DNA of 64,000 bases from an uncultured Gammaproteobacteria bacterium (GTDB taxonomy: Bacteria > Patescibacteriota > Microgenomatia > UBA10105 > UBA927), in NCBI GenBank assembly GCA_964609895.1, contig CAZSTG010000003.1, positions 7,574 through 71,573 on the forward strand, in the 5' to 3' direction. The position numbers and the translations under genes were made by a program. Below, piece by piece: positions 29,639-40,049 of the stretch (positions within the stretch are counted from its first letter, which is position 1; each line of letters begins with the position of its first letter). Under the pieces are notes generated by a model. That model had not been told where the DNA came from. It searched no databases and was given only the letters and a program-made list of their open reading frames with translations.

Positions 29639-30808
29639 ATGATTTCTTGGCTAAAGAGCCTCTACCATTGGGTTGTTGCAGTAGCTGCACTAGTATACTT
29701 CAGGTTTCCTGCACGCCATCTTACAGTCATAGGCGTGACCGGTACAGACGGGAAAACCACTACCTCGACGCTTATCTATGAGATTCTGAAGGCCGCCGGA
29801 TACAAAACGTCGGTTATTACCACGGTACACGCAGTTATTGCAGGGAAATCCTATGATACCGGTTTTCATGTCACAACACCAAACGCTTTCTATGTGCAAA
29901 AATACCTGCGGGAAGCGGTCGATCACGGTGATACGCATGTTGTTTTGGAGACAACTTCTCATGCGCTTGCACAGTCACGCGTGCTAGGGATTCATTTTGC
30001 AGTTGGAGTACTCACCAATGTGACGCATGAACATCTGGATTGGCACAAAACATACGACCGGTATCTGATGGCAAAAATGAAACTGTTGTTTGCGTCCGAT
30101 ACAGCGGTTATCAATAAAGATGAGGGAGAACTGTATGCGCGTATTTCCCCGCTTCTTAGACGTCATAAACTTGTAACGTACGGACTCAGACGTCAGGCAA
30201 CCATAACGCCTGAAACACATCCGTTTGAAACTGCACTCCTCGGTGATTTTAATCAATATAATTGTCTGGCAGCAATTGCCGCGACAGGTCTGGTTGGTGT
30301 GTCAAAAGATGTGATAAAAAGGACAATCAAAGGATTTACCGGAATTCCCGGAAGAATGGAAATTATTTCGGTAAAACCGTGCCGCGTAATTGTTGATTTT
30401 GCCCATACGCCAAACGCGATTGATAAGGCGCTCAAAACCGCGCGGGATATGACGAAGGGCAGGCTCATTCATGTGTTTGGGAGCGCAGGACTCAGGGATC
30501 GGACGAAGCGTCCGTATATGGGGAAATTTTCCGCCCAGTATGCAGACAGCATTGTGTTGACGGAAGAAGACTTTCGAACAGAAAATGTGGAAACTATCAT
30601 GGATGAAATTGCTTCAGGCATCCCTATATATAAAGATGTGCACCGATTTGCTCGTCGTGAAGACGCGATTAAGTTTGCGTTGTCTGATGTAAAAAAAGAT
30701 GATACCGTCATCATCACAGGCAAAGGGCATGAAAAGAGTCTCTGTCGCGGCAACACGGAATATCCGTGGAGTGATCAGGAAGCAGTGAAAAAACTTTTGA
30801 AAAAGTGA
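29639..30808 (+). CDS. murE: Mur ligase, MurE-like, lacking the N-terminal UDP-binding domain
   Basis: P-loop GVTGTDGKTTT at residue 33. TSHALAQSRV, TNVTHEHLDWH, DFAHTPNAI and C-terminal IITGKGHE match MurE. Only 20 aa precede the P-loop, and the 143-nt upstream gap cannot encode domain 1. Confidence 0.65.
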   Translation: MISWLKSLYHWVVAVAALVYFRFPARHLTVIGVTGTDGKTTTSTLIYEILKAAGYKTSVITTVHAVIAGKSYDTGFHVTTPNAFYVQKYLREAVDHGDTHVVLETTSHALAQSRVLGIHFAVGVLTNVTHEHLDWHKTYDRYLMAKMKLLFASDTAVINKDEGELYARISPLLRRHKLVTYGLRRQATITPETHPFETALLGDFNQYNCLAAIAATGLVGVSKDVIKRTIKGFTGIPGRMEIISVKPCRVIVDFAHTPNAIDKALKTARDMTKGRLIHVFGSAGLRDRTKRPYMGKFSAQYADSIVLTEEDFRTENVETIMDEIASGIPIYKDVHRFARREDAIKFALSDVKKDDTVIITGKGHEKSLCRGNTEYPWSDQEAVKKLLKK

Positions 30809-30818
30809 ACTTCTGTTT

Positions 30819-31559
30819 ATGGTACATAAGACCAATCAGGGACTGTATCAGTCCTCAATAGTGAAAAATATACCGGGAGTCATTCATGGATTCACGTCAA
30901 AAACACACGGCTCCATGTTGATTGCGGAAAATCAAAGAAAGCTGTTTCTTTCGCTCGGCATACCGCCCGAATCGGTGATTTCCGCACGTCAGGTTCACGG
31001 CAACGCCGTTCACGTTGTGCATCCACAGGATGCAGGTGGCAGATTGGAAGATGTTGACGGCATCGTGTATAAAAAAACGGACGTACGGCAACAGCACCCT
31101 TTGCTCACCGTTCATGTCGGTGACTGCGTACCGATGCTGTTTATTGATTCGGTTGCGGGTATCATCGGAGTTGCCCATGCGGGTTGGAGGGGAACAAAAG
31201 ACCATATTGCGCGCACTGTGCTTAGCGAATTCGTCAGGAACGGTTCGGATCCTTCGCATATTCAGGTGGTGTTCGGCCCGTTTATTCATGCATGCTGTTA
31301 CAAGGTTGATGAAGAGCGTGCACTGGTATTTGAACGGGAATTTCCCGGAAGCCGCGGTGTCGTAAACCGCTTGGGTGTATCATGGTTTATAGATCTAGGA
31401 ATTGCGAACATACTGGATTTGAAGCAGGGCGGCGTATTGGAAAAAAATATCGAAAATAATGAACAGTTGTGCACTTATAATAATCCGCTTGAATTTTTTT
31501 CGTTCAGAAGGACGACTGAACCGTTTGGCGAAATACTAGGGTTCATCGGATACATATAA
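30819..31559 (+). CDS. pgeF: peptidoglycan editing factor PgeF / YfiH (DUF152, Cu-oxidase_4 fold)
   Basis: Motifs VHGNAVHVV and HAGWRGT are family-diagnostic. Confidence 0.8.
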   Translation: MVHKTNQGLYQSSIVKNIPGVIHGFTSKTHGSMLIAENQRKLFLSLGIPPESVISARQVHGNAVHVVHPQDAGGRLEDVDGIVYKKTDVRQQHPLLTVHVGDCVPMLFIDSVAGIIGVAHAGWRGTKDHIARTVLSEFVRNGSDPSHIQVVFGPFIHACCYKVDEERALVFEREFPGSRGVVNRLGVSWFIDLGIANILDLKQGGVLEKNIENNEQLCTYNNPLEFFSFRRTTEPFGEILGFIGYI

Positions 31560-31560
31560 T

Positions 31561-32970
31561 ATGGAAGCAAAGGATATACAGAGAATTCACTTTGTCGGTA
31601 TTGCCGGTGTGGCGATGACAGCACTTGCCGTGTATGCAAAAGAGCGCGGTATTGCGGTGACAGGATCTGATGTGAACGGCATATTTCCGACACATGCGAT
31701 GCTTAAAAATGCGGGTATTACCGTACAGGAAGGATTTTCGTCCGGACACATTTCCAAAACAGCCAATCTGGTTGTGTTTACAGGGGCACACCAAGGGAAA
31801 GACAATGTGGAGGTACAAACCGCATGCAAACTGCAGATTCCGGTGATGTCCCATGGTGAGGCGCTTGGATTTTTTATGAAGGGGGCTGAGCAGATTTCTG
31901 TTGCAGGAAGTCACGGAAAAACGACAACAAGCGCAATGATTGCAACAATTCTTCATGTTGCAGGACGGGACCCCTCCTATGCAATCGGCTGTGGTGACAT
32001 ACGGGGCATCGGCGCATCCGGTCATTACGGAACAGGTAATATGTTTGTAGCGGAGGCGGACGAATACAGTACCGATCCGCATCATGATCCAAAACCGCGT
32101 TTTCTTTGGCAGCATCCGGATATTTTGGTTGTGACGAATATCGACTTTGATCATCCAGACGCATATGCATCACTTGCCGATGTGAAAGCGGCCTTCGTGT
32201 CGCTTGTTGCCCAACAACAGGGAAAACAAATAACGATTCTAAATGCGGATGATCCGGAGAGTGCCGCAATCACAAACGCCAAACATACGCTCCTGTACGG
32301 TTTTTCTCCCCGCGCGAACGCCCGCATTACGCATGTGGGATACGGAGAAGAACAAACATTTTTTACTCTTTCCATGGATGGAACAGATGTCGGTGAATTT
32401 GTACTGCATGTTCCGGGACGGCACAATGTGCTCAATGCTGTTGCAGCGGCAGTTGGCGCACTTTCTGCGGGCGTGTCTTGGGAGGAAATAAAAAAAGGAC
32501 TTGCGGCATTTCAGGGTACAAAGAGAAGATTTGAAAAAATTGGCGAAGCAAACGGCATGGTGGTATATGACGACTACGCACATCATCCAAAGGAAATTCA
32601 AGCATCTCTGGAGGCGGCGCGCGATTGGTTTCCTGAAAGAAAAATTATCACTGTGTTTCAGCCACATACCTATTCAAGAACCAAGGCATTGCTTGAGGAT
32701 TTTGCCAAGAGTTTTCAAAATAGCGATGTCGTGTTGTTGACAGATATTTTTGCATCAGCGAGAGAGCAGGATACGTTAGGGATAACAACGGCAACACTGG
32801 TTGAGAAGGCCGCTCAGTACCACAGGAATATCCAGTATACAAAGGGTAAGAAAGAGACGCTGACTTATTTGCAGAACATTGCGAGTTCAGGTGATGTAAT
32901 CATCATTATGGGTGCGGGAGATATTTATGAATGGGGCCCAGATATTGTACGGGCAATCAAAACAATATAA
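31561..32970 (+). CDS. murC: UDP-N-acetylmuramate--L-alanine ligase
   Basis: IHFVGIAGVAMTALA N-terminus, GSHGKTTT P-loop and DDYAHHP motif. Confidence 0.85.
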   Translation: MEAKDIQRIHFVGIAGVAMTALAVYAKERGIAVTGSDVNGIFPTHAMLKNAGITVQEGFSSGHISKTANLVVFTGAHQGKDNVEVQTACKLQIPVMSHGEALGFFMKGAEQISVAGSHGKTTTSAMIATILHVAGRDPSYAIGCGDIRGIGASGHYGTGNMFVAEADEYSTDPHHDPKPRFLWQHPDILVVTNIDFDHPDAYASLADVKAAFVSLVAQQQGKQITILNADDPESAAITNAKHTLLYGFSPRANARITHVGYGEEQTFFTLSMDGTDVGEFVLHVPGRHNVLNAVAAAVGALSAGVSWEEIKKGLAAFQGTKRRFEKIGEANGMVVYDDYAHHPKEIQASLEAARDWFPERKIITVFQPHTYSRTKALLEDFAKSFQNSDVVLLTDIFASAREQDTLGITTATLVEKAAQYHRNIQYTKGKKETLTYLQNIASSGDVIIIMGAGDIYEWGPDIVRAIKTI

Positions 32971-32973
32971 TTT

Positions 32974-33954
32974 ATGACGGACGCCTATAGACAATTCATC
33001 GAAACAATACATATGCCGGTCAAAGAACGGGAACCGCTTGCGCCGTACAGCACGTATAAAGTGGGAGGTCCTGCAGACCTGTTTGTGGAAGCCCGCGTGA
33101 AAGAAGACATCGTGCAGGCGGTAGAAACGGCAAGAAAATGCGGTGTAGCGTTTTTTATTTTAGGTGGCGGTTCAAATATTTTAATCGGTGATAAGGGATT
33201 TCGGGGAATTGTCATCAGAAATTTGACGAAGAACATAACAGTGCGCGGCATGAAGGGCGCAATAACCAAAGGTGTTGCTGACGGAAGTGTATACGTGGAA
33301 GCGGAATCAGGTGTCGCCCTGAACGCGCTTGTCAGATATACCATTGAAGAAGGGCTCGCGGGTCTCGAAATGCATCTCGGGCTCCCGGGTTCCGTGGGAG
33401 GAGCGGTGTTCATGAATTCCAAATGGATGAAACCCCCGTCGTTTATCGGTGACGCGGTATATCAGGCAACCATTCTGACGCCAGAAGGAGAAATCAAAAG
33501 CGTAACCAAAGAGTATTTCCGTTTTTCTTACGGATCTTCCGTCATCCAAAAAACAGGCGACATCGTGTTATCCGTCCTGTTTGCCCTCAAACGGGCGGAG
33601 AAAGAAGCGCTGTGGAAAACGGCAAACGAAAGCATGGAATACCGGAGAGCGTCGCAACCGCAGGGAGTAAAAACAGCAGGATGCGTGTTCAAAAACATAT
33701 CCTTGATGGAAGCGGTTACCGCAGGTACGCCGAATCATACGACTTCAACGGGTTATCTGATTGACAAATCAGGATGCAAAAACCTGACGATCGGGGGCTC
33801 AGCCGTATCGCAGGTTCATGCAAATTTTATCGTCAACACGGGCTCGGCGACTGCGAGTGATATGGTACAATTAATTGAAACAATAAAAGAAAAAGTGCAA
33901 GAGAAATTCGGTATAACACTTGTTGAAGAAATTCAGCGGATAGGAGAATTTTAA
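32974..33954 (+). CDS. murB: UDP-N-acetylenolpyruvoylglucosamine reductase
   Basis: PLAPYSTYKVGGPADLF FAD-binding N-terminus; MurB-like throughout. Confidence 0.85.
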   Translation: MTDAYRQFIETIHMPVKEREPLAPYSTYKVGGPADLFVEARVKEDIVQAVETARKCGVAFFILGGGSNILIGDKGFRGIVIRNLTKNITVRGMKGAITKGVADGSVYVEAESGVALNALVRYTIEEGLAGLEMHLGLPGSVGGAVFMNSKWMKPPSFIGDAVYQATILTPEGEIKSVTKEYFRFSYGSSVIQKTGDIVLSVLFALKRAEKEALWKTANESMEYRRASQPQGVKTAGCVFKNISLMEAVTAGTPNHTTSTGYLIDKSGCKNLTIGGSAVSQVHANFIVNTGSATASDMVQLIETIKEKVQEKFGITLVEEIQRIGEF

Positions 33955-33955
33955 T

Positions 33956-35293
33956 ATGGATAAATTTGTCGTTACGGGGCCAACTAGACTTCACGGCGAG
34001 GTGACGAGCGCGGGAGCAAAAAATGTCGCGCTGAAGGCAATTGTTGTATCGCTTCTTACCGAAGAAACGGTGATTCTCCACAATATGCCGCATATCAGGG
34101 ATGTGATGCTAATGCTCGATGTGGTCAGAAGCCTCGGTGCGGTTGCGACATTTGAAGGAAATACGGTGACCATTGAAGATGGAAAATCGCGAAGCACAAC
34201 CGTTCCTTTGGAAATTGGGGCTCGGCTTCGTACGTCATCCATGGTTTTAGGACCAATGCTTTCCCGCTATGGAAAAGCCATGATTCCAAACCCAGGGGGC
34301 TGCAGAATCGGCGCGCGGCCGATAGACCGCCATGTTGAAGGATTAAAAAACATGGGTGCAACAATTGACTATAACTCGACGGACGGATTTTTTCATGCGG
34401 AAGCTGAACACCTCCACGGTGCCGACATCACGTTTGAAAAAAACACGCATACGGGAACAGAAACACTGATTCTTGCCGCAGTACTGGCGGACGGAAAAAC
34501 AGTGCTTCATAATGCTGCGGAAGAAGTGGAGATTGATGATCTGATCGCTCTTTTAAATTCGATGGGGGCAGACATCAAGAGAACAGGACATAGGGAAATT
34601 ACCATTAACGGCGTTAAAACACTGCATGGTACCGAATACACAATCATGTCGGATCGTAATGAAGAAGTGACGTTTGCGATAGCGGCAGTTGTTTCCAAAG
34701 GGAATATTGTTGTGCATCATTCAGAACGGAAACATCTCAAAGAATTTTTAGATGTATTTGTAAAAGCCGGTGGAAAATATAAAACAGTTGACGATACAAC
34801 GACTGAATATTATTATGACGGCCCACTGAATGCAGTTGATGTGACGACTGCGCAGCACCCCGGTTTTATGACTGACTGGCAGGCGCCGTGGGCGATACTG
34901 ATGACGCAGGCAGAGGGAACATCGATGATCCATGAAACAGTATTTGAAAATAGGTTTAGTTATGTGGAGGAACTCAAAAAAATGGGTGCGAATATCGAAT
35001 ACTTTGATCCGGTGGTTAGTAATCCACAAGAATTTTATAACTTTAACTGGACGGATAAAAAAGCAGATACGCATCAGGCAATAAAAATTACAGGTCCGAC
35101 GACACTTCATAATGCGATTACTTCTATGAGTGACCTTCGTGCAGGCGCAACCGTCGTCTTGGCTGCAATCATTGCCAACGGAAAAAGTTATATCCATGGG
35201 GTTGAACAGATTGATCGTGGCTATGAACATATTGATACCAGACTGCAATCCCTTGGTGCTTCCATAGAACGCATCGGGGAAGATACAGTTTGA
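33956..35293 (+). CDS. murA: UDP-N-acetylglucosamine 1-carboxyvinyltransferase
   Basis: FVVTGPTRLHGEVTSAGAKNVAL N-terminus, and catalytic cysteine context GGCRIGARPID. Confidence 0.9.
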   Translation: MDKFVVTGPTRLHGEVTSAGAKNVALKAIVVSLLTEETVILHNMPHIRDVMLMLDVVRSLGAVATFEGNTVTIEDGKSRSTTVPLEIGARLRTSSMVLGPMLSRYGKAMIPNPGGCRIGARPIDRHVEGLKNMGATIDYNSTDGFFHAEAEHLHGADITFEKNTHTGTETLILAAVLADGKTVLHNAAEEVEIDDLIALLNSMGADIKRTGHREITINGVKTLHGTEYTIMSDRNEEVTFAIAAVVSKGNIVVHHSERKHLKEFLDVFVKAGGKYKTVDDTTTEYYYDGPLNAVDVTTAQHPGFMTDWQAPWAILMTQAEGTSMIHETVFENRFSYVEELKKMGANIEYFDPVVSNPQEFYNFNWTDKKADTHQAIKITGPTTLHNAITSMSDLRAGATVVLAAIIANGKSYIHGVEQIDRGYEHIDTRLQSLGASIERIGEDTV

Positions 35294-35307
35294 TGAAGGA
35301 GGATTGT

Positions 35308-36615
35308 ATGGCAGATGTAACCGCAGTGCTTTTGGCAGGAGGAGAATCTACACGTTTTTTCCCATATGAGGAAAAAAGCGTCTGTTCTTTTTTGGGAACA
35401 TCCTTTTTAACACGGCATTATGAACAACTGTCCCGACTTGGCATGAGGCATGTTGTTGTGGTGACCAACAGGTCAAATACCGCACTCATCAAATCCGTTG
35501 CAGTCCCAAAAACGATGCAGGTTGTGTATGTAGAACAACAGGAAAAAGGTCAGGTACAAGCAGTCATCGCATTGGAACACGTGTGTAAGGGGCCTGTGCT
35601 TCTTCTGAATGCTTCAGATTATTATGCTGATGCATGTATTCAGCCGTTTTTGAAATCGGCAACCAAAGATATTCTGCTTGGTGCGGTCAGAACGTCTGCG
35701 TATTTTCCCGGCGGGTATCTGAAGATGGACGGAAAAGGATCGGTACAGGCCATTATCGAAAAACCGAAACAGGGTACTGAACCGAGTGATGTTGTCAGAA
35801 TCCTTGTTGATTATATTCCCGATATTTCGCTTTTAGTCGCTGCAGCAAAAGAACATGGAGGTAATCCGTCAAGCGGTTATGAAGAAGCACTCACAACGCT
35901 TATTGCACACGGCAGCACCGCAACGCCGATGATTACGGACAAAGATAATTGGAAGGCGATAAAATATCCATGGCATATATTGGATCTGACGGATCAATAT
36001 TTGTCGGAACTGAAAGGTCAGCAGATAGACCCCAGTGTCGTCATAAAACCACACGTTATTATAGAAGGGAATGTTGTGATTGAATCAGGCGTCAAAATTT
36101 TTGAAGGAACGAAAATTGTAGGGCCTGCGTTTATCGGAAAAAATACGATTATCGGAAACAATAATATTATCAGATCATCCGTGATCGGCCGTGATTGCGT
36201 GACAGGATTTAATACAGACATTACCAGAAGTGCCATAGGCAACAACTGCTGGTTTCATACCAATTATGTCGGAGACAGCGTTATCGGCAATAATGTCAGT
36301 ATGGGTTCAGGAACTGTGCTTGCGAATTTGCGTCTGGATGACGGAATTATCCCAAGCACGGTCAAAGAAGAAAAAATTGATACAGGACGGAATAAACTTG
36401 GTGCAATGATCGGGGACAATGTCCGGATCGGTGTCAATGTAAGTACCATGCCGGGAATCAAAATCGGACGTGATTCTTTTATCGCCGCAGGGATTGTGGT
36501 GACACAAGACATTCCGCAAGGATCATTTGTACGGCCACTCAGTGTCGGATTTGTGATTAAACCAAATACAAAAACCGCGTCAACTTCCAGAGAAGGATTT
36601 CGGAAAGGCTTATGA
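35308..36615 (+). CDS. GlmU-like bifunctional protein (sugar-1-P nucleotidyltransferase N-domain plus left-handed beta-helix acyltransferase C-domain)
   Basis: Start at Met 7, preceded by SD AGGAGG. VLLAGGESTRF nucleotidyltransferase motif. C-terminal hexapeptide repeats (IIEGNVVIESG..., IIGNNNIIRSS..., IGNNVSMGSG...). Confidence 0.55.
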   Translation: MADVTAVLLAGGESTRFFPYEEKSVCSFLGTSFLTRHYEQLSRLGMRHVVVVTNRSNTALIKSVAVPKTMQVVYVEQQEKGQVQAVIALEHVCKGPVLLLNASDYYADACIQPFLKSATKDILLGAVRTSAYFPGGYLKMDGKGSVQAIIEKPKQGTEPSDVVRILVDYIPDISLLVAAAKEHGGNPSSGYEEALTTLIAHGSTATPMITDKDNWKAIKYPWHILDLTDQYLSELKGQQIDPSVVIKPHVIIEGNVVIESGVKIFEGTKIVGPAFIGKNTIIGNNNIIRSSVIGRDCVTGFNTDITRSAIGNNCWFHTNYVGDSVIGNNVSMGSGTVLANLRLDDGIIPSTVKEEKIDTGRNKLGAMIGDNVRIGVNVSTMPGIKIGRDSFIAAGIVVTQDIPQGSFVRPLSVGFVIKPNTKTASTSREGFRKGL

Positions 36616-37343
36616 AACGCCCCACAATTTTATTGCTTTCCGGATGGGTGCGAACAAATGTAATAAAAGAGTATTACAAAAAAACTATTCAGGAATTTGA
36701 AAAAAAGGGGTACACAGTATATGCCCCTGATATGCCCGGATTCGGAGCCGCGAAAAATCCTGACCACCCCCTGACACTGCATGATTATGCCGTATTTGTT
36801 TCTGCATATATAAAAAAACAAGCGATACAGCCAGATATACTGCTCGGTCATTCCTTTGGTGGCCGTGTGATCATCGAGTATCTTTCATTATTTCCTTTTA
36901 ACGGTAAGGCAGTGGTGCTTTCGGGAACACCGGGGTATCCATCGATTAAAAAAAGCAAAATGTTACTGTCACTTCTTATTGCCAAAATTGGCGGAACGAT
37001 TGTCTCCTTGCCACTTATTTCGAAACTGAAAGAAAGAATCCGCGGATGGTATTACTATATTGTAGGCGCACGCGATTTTTATAGGGCAGAAGGAGTTATG
37101 CGTCAAACATTTAAAAATATAGTGCAGACACCGCTAGAACAACAGATGAAAACAATACGTATCCCGACGTTACTCGTGTGGGGAGCGGACGATGTGATCG
37201 TTCCGCTCAGCGTCGCCAAGAAGATGAAGCAGACAATCTCAACCGCGACGCTTATTTCCATACCCGCATGCGGACACGGATGCATTGTTGAGACACCGGA
37301 GCATTTTGTGAAAGAAACAATGCGTTTTATACAACATCTATGA
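36612..37343 (+). CDS. alpha/beta hydrolase fold protein
   Basis: Nucleophile elbow LLGHSFGG. Length 243 aa. Confidence 0.65.
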   Translation: MKRPTILLLSGWVRTNVIKEYYKKTIQEFEKKGYTVYAPDMPGFGAAKNPDHPLTLHDYAVFVSAYIKKQAIQPDILLGHSFGGRVIIEYLSLFPFNGKAVVLSGTPGYPSIKKSKMLLSLLIAKIGGTIVSLPLISKLKERIRGWYYYIVGARDFYRAEGVMRQTFKNIVQTPLEQQMKTIRIPTLLVWGADDVIVPLSVAKKMKQTISTATLISIPACGHGCIVETPEHFVKETMRFIQHL

Positions 37344-38812
37344 CCGAAATGTTCAGTATCATCATAGCCCTGATTTGGCTGATTCGCATCGGTATAAACA
37401 TTGTCTCATATATCGCCCTGTGGTATGTCAAAGAATACAGACCAGACAGGATGATCATTCATCTAAAAAAAACAAGACAGGGGAAATGGATACTTTTTCC
37501 CAAATGGAAACTTCCGCCATTTTCAACGAAAACTTTCACATTGACGGGTGTACTTTTTCTGACTGAGCTTGCGTTATTTATTTTTCTTCCGTATCAGCTA
37601 TTTATAAAACTGCTTATCATGGATTTTGCGCTTTTTCCATTGTCGTTTCTGTTTGCCATGCTTGTCCGCATTCCCACCAAGTTGTTTCACATATATACCA
37701 TCGCAAAGGCACGCAAAGTATTAGCTGCACACACATGGAAATCAGTTATAGGCATTACCGGCAGCTATGGAAAAACTTCAACAAAAGATTTTGTGACAAC
37801 TATTTTAAGCGGCGCGTATAGCGTATTGAAAACAGAAGCAAGTAAAAATTCCAGTATCGGAATTTCTGAAACGGTGCTGTCAACATTAGTTGACACACAT
37901 CAGATGTTTGTTGTTGAAATGGGAGCGTATAACGTAGGCGAAATAAAAGAAATGACAGAGCTTGTGCGGCCGAATATCGGCATTATTACGGCAATTAATG
38001 CACAGCATCAGGATTTATTTGGTTCGATGGAAACGACGATGAAAGCAAAATATGAATTATTGCAGGGGCTTACCCGTAACAAAATTGCAATTGTGAATGA
38101 AGATATTGAAGAAACACACGCCATGGGACTATGGGCAAAACAGGAAGGAGTGCATGTTTGGTTTGTAACCAGAGACAAAAAATTGTATACAGACGCCACG
38201 TTTTGGATCGACGCCGTGGCCTCAGATACAAGTTCCGTGACGTTCATGCTGCATTATAAAAAAGAGAAGGAAAAAATTACGGTTTCAATTAGCGGAGAGC
38301 ACTTTGTCATGAATATTGCTCTTGCCGTGGCGGCAGCTGTTGCAAGCGGACTTTCCTTCCGCGAAGCATGCACCTATGCGCATCGTATTCAAAGATCAGG
38401 TAATGTGATGCGCCTGCATATTGGAATAAAAGGGGAAACACTGATTAATGACACATTCAACAACAACCCGGAAGCAGCGATTGCCGGTCTTGAGTATCTT
38501 GCAAAATTTTCCAAGAAAAAGATTCTTGTTTTTCAACCGATGATAGAGCTCGGAACATTTACTGACTCATCACATGAGCGCGTGGGTAAAGTTGCAGGAA
38601 GCGTATGTGATGAAATTATTCTTACAAACGATAATTTTTCAAAGCCTTTTATACAGGGCGTACATGAAACGAATCCGAATATCAGTGTGCATATTTTACC
38701 GGCCGAAAAAGCTGCGCAACATATCAAACAATCAATTTCAGCAGGTGACGCGGTGCTGTTTAAAGGAAAAGAAGCTGAATTTGTATGGAAACACATGGTT
38801 GGAAAGAAGTAA
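37340..38812 (+). CDS. murF: Mur ligase MurF-like with an N-terminal multi-TM region replacing the canonical N-terminal domain
   Basis: About 120 N-terminal residues form 3-4 hydrophobic helices. Then GITGSYGKTSTKDF P-loop and INDTFNNNPEAAIAGL (the MurF DDSYNANP-type motif). Confidence 0.65.
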   Translation: MTEMFSIIIALIWLIRIGINIVSYIALWYVKEYRPDRMIIHLKKTRQGKWILFPKWKLPPFSTKTFTLTGVLFLTELALFIFLPYQLFIKLLIMDFALFPLSFLFAMLVRIPTKLFHIYTIAKARKVLAAHTWKSVIGITGSYGKTSTKDFVTTILSGAYSVLKTEASKNSSIGISETVLSTLVDTHQMFVVEMGAYNVGEIKEMTELVRPNIGIITAINAQHQDLFGSMETTMKAKYELLQGLTRNKIAIVNEDIEETHAMGLWAKQEGVHVWFVTRDKKLYTDATFWIDAVASDTSSVTFMLHYKKEKEKITVSISGEHFVMNIALAVAAAVASGLSFREACTYAHRIQRSGNVMRLHIGIKGETLINDTFNNNPEAAIAGLEYLAKFSKKKILVFQPMIELGTFTDSSHERVGKVAGSVCDEIILTNDNFSKPFIQGVHETNPNISVHILPAEKAAQHIKQSISAGDAVLFKGKEAEFVWKHMVGKK

Positions 38813-38819
38813 ACGCTGT

Positions 38820-40049
38820 ATGGTATATCCAATTGGACTATCGCCAAATATTGAACGTGATGATGTTACAAGAGCATGGACAGTGTTAGTTTCTCCGTGG
38901 CGATGGTATCAGAATGACGGTTTGAAGAGTGTGTCACTTTGGTTTTCACAAAAATTCGGCACTCCGTATGTTTATTTTTTTTGTACGGGAAGAAGCGCAT
39001 TAACGACGCTTTTGCGTGCACTGCACATCGGTACAGGTGATGAAGTGCTGTTACAGGCTTTTACTTGCATGGTTGTGCCGAACGCCATCCGTTTCGTAGG
39101 TGGAGTGCCAGTGTATGTTGACGTTGACAGCTCGGGAAATTGTGACGTGAAGGATATTGAACGAAAACTTTCGCCGCGGACAAAGGCACTGATTGTCCAA
39201 CATACGTTCGGGACACCGGCAGACATGGATGCGATTCTTCGATTCGCAAAGAAAAAGAACATTACTGTTATTGAGGACTGCGCGCACGCACTCGGCGCGA
39301 CATACAAAGGGGTGCAACTCGGGTCGCTGGGTGATGCGGCGATCTTTAGTTTCGGCAGAGACAAGTGTATTTCCAGTGTATTTGGCGGTGCCGTTGTGGT
39401 GAAGGATGCGTCCGTTGCCGCGGAAATTTCCAGACTGGAAAAAAAATATGCATATCCGTCACGACGTTGGATAAGCCAGCAATTGTTGCATCCGATACTG
39501 ACATGGCTCGCACTGCCGCTGTATGCATCCGGCATCGGCAAAGGTTTGCTAGTGCTGTTTCAGAAACTGCATCTGCTTTCGTTTCCTGTGGAAGCGTGTG
39601 AGAAAAAGGGAGAGCAGCCAAAAAATTATCTCATGCGGTATCCGAACGCGCTGGCGGTATTGTTGATACATCAGCTTACAAAACTTGATCGGTACAGTGC
39701 TATGCGCAGACAAGCAGCCCATTTGTACAGACAGGCATTTGGTGGGAACAGGGACATCACTATGCTTTCAGAAAGAGATGGAAGCGGGTATCTCCGTTTT
39801 GGCATTCTGGTCAACAATCCGTCTGCAGTGCTCGGATATGCGAAACGTCACCATGTCATTCTCGGAAACTGGTACCATGCAGTCGTTGATCCAGAGGGTA
39901 GCGACATGTCGCAAGCGATGTACCATACAGGTTCATGTGGTCACGCGGAAGTGATGGCAAAACACATTGTCAATCTTCCGACACGAAAAACGCAGGCGGA
40001 AGTGCAGGAAATATCCAAACTTGTCCTTGACTCGCTTCAAAACACATGA
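38820..40049 (+). CDS. DegT/DnrJ/EryC1/StrS family PLP-dependent aminotransferase
   Basis: Start at Met 83 of ORF 38574 (first ATG after the murF stop). GTGDEVLLQAFTCMVVPNAI, VIEDCAHALGATYKG and SFGRDKCISSVFGGAVV (PLP Lys) motifs. Confidence 0.7.
   Translation: MVYPIGLSPNIERDDVTRAWTVLVSPWRWYQNDGLKSVSLWFSQKFGTPYVYFFCTGRSALTTLLRALHIGTGDEVLLQAFTCMVVPNAIRFVGGVPVYVDVDSSGNCDVKDIERKLSPRTKALIVQHTFGTPADMDAILRFAKKKNITVIEDCAHALGATYKGVQLGSLGDAAIFSFGRDKCISSVFGGAVVVKDASVAAEISRLEKKYAYPSRRWISQQLLHPILTWLALPLYASGIGKGLLVLFQKLHLLSFPVEACEKKGEQPKNYLMRYPNALAVLLIHQLTKLDRYSAMRRQAAHLYRQAFGGNRDITMLSERDGSGYLRFGILVNNPSAVLGYAKRHHVILGNWYHAVVDPEGSDMSQAMYHTGSCGHAEVMAKHIVNLPTRKTQAEVQEISKLVLDSLQNT

Noticed and set aside
31543-32154. 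203-aa minus-strand ORF inside murC
   Set aside because: Antisense to a well-supported housekeeping gene. Cys-rich nonsense-like sequence.
38574-38819. ORF-track extension of the DegT-like gene across the murF 3' end, and the similar extensions of dgkA (41564) and mraY (42052)
   Set aside because: The extensions overlap the upstream genes in other frames. The first ATG after each upstream stop gives family-typical N-termini.
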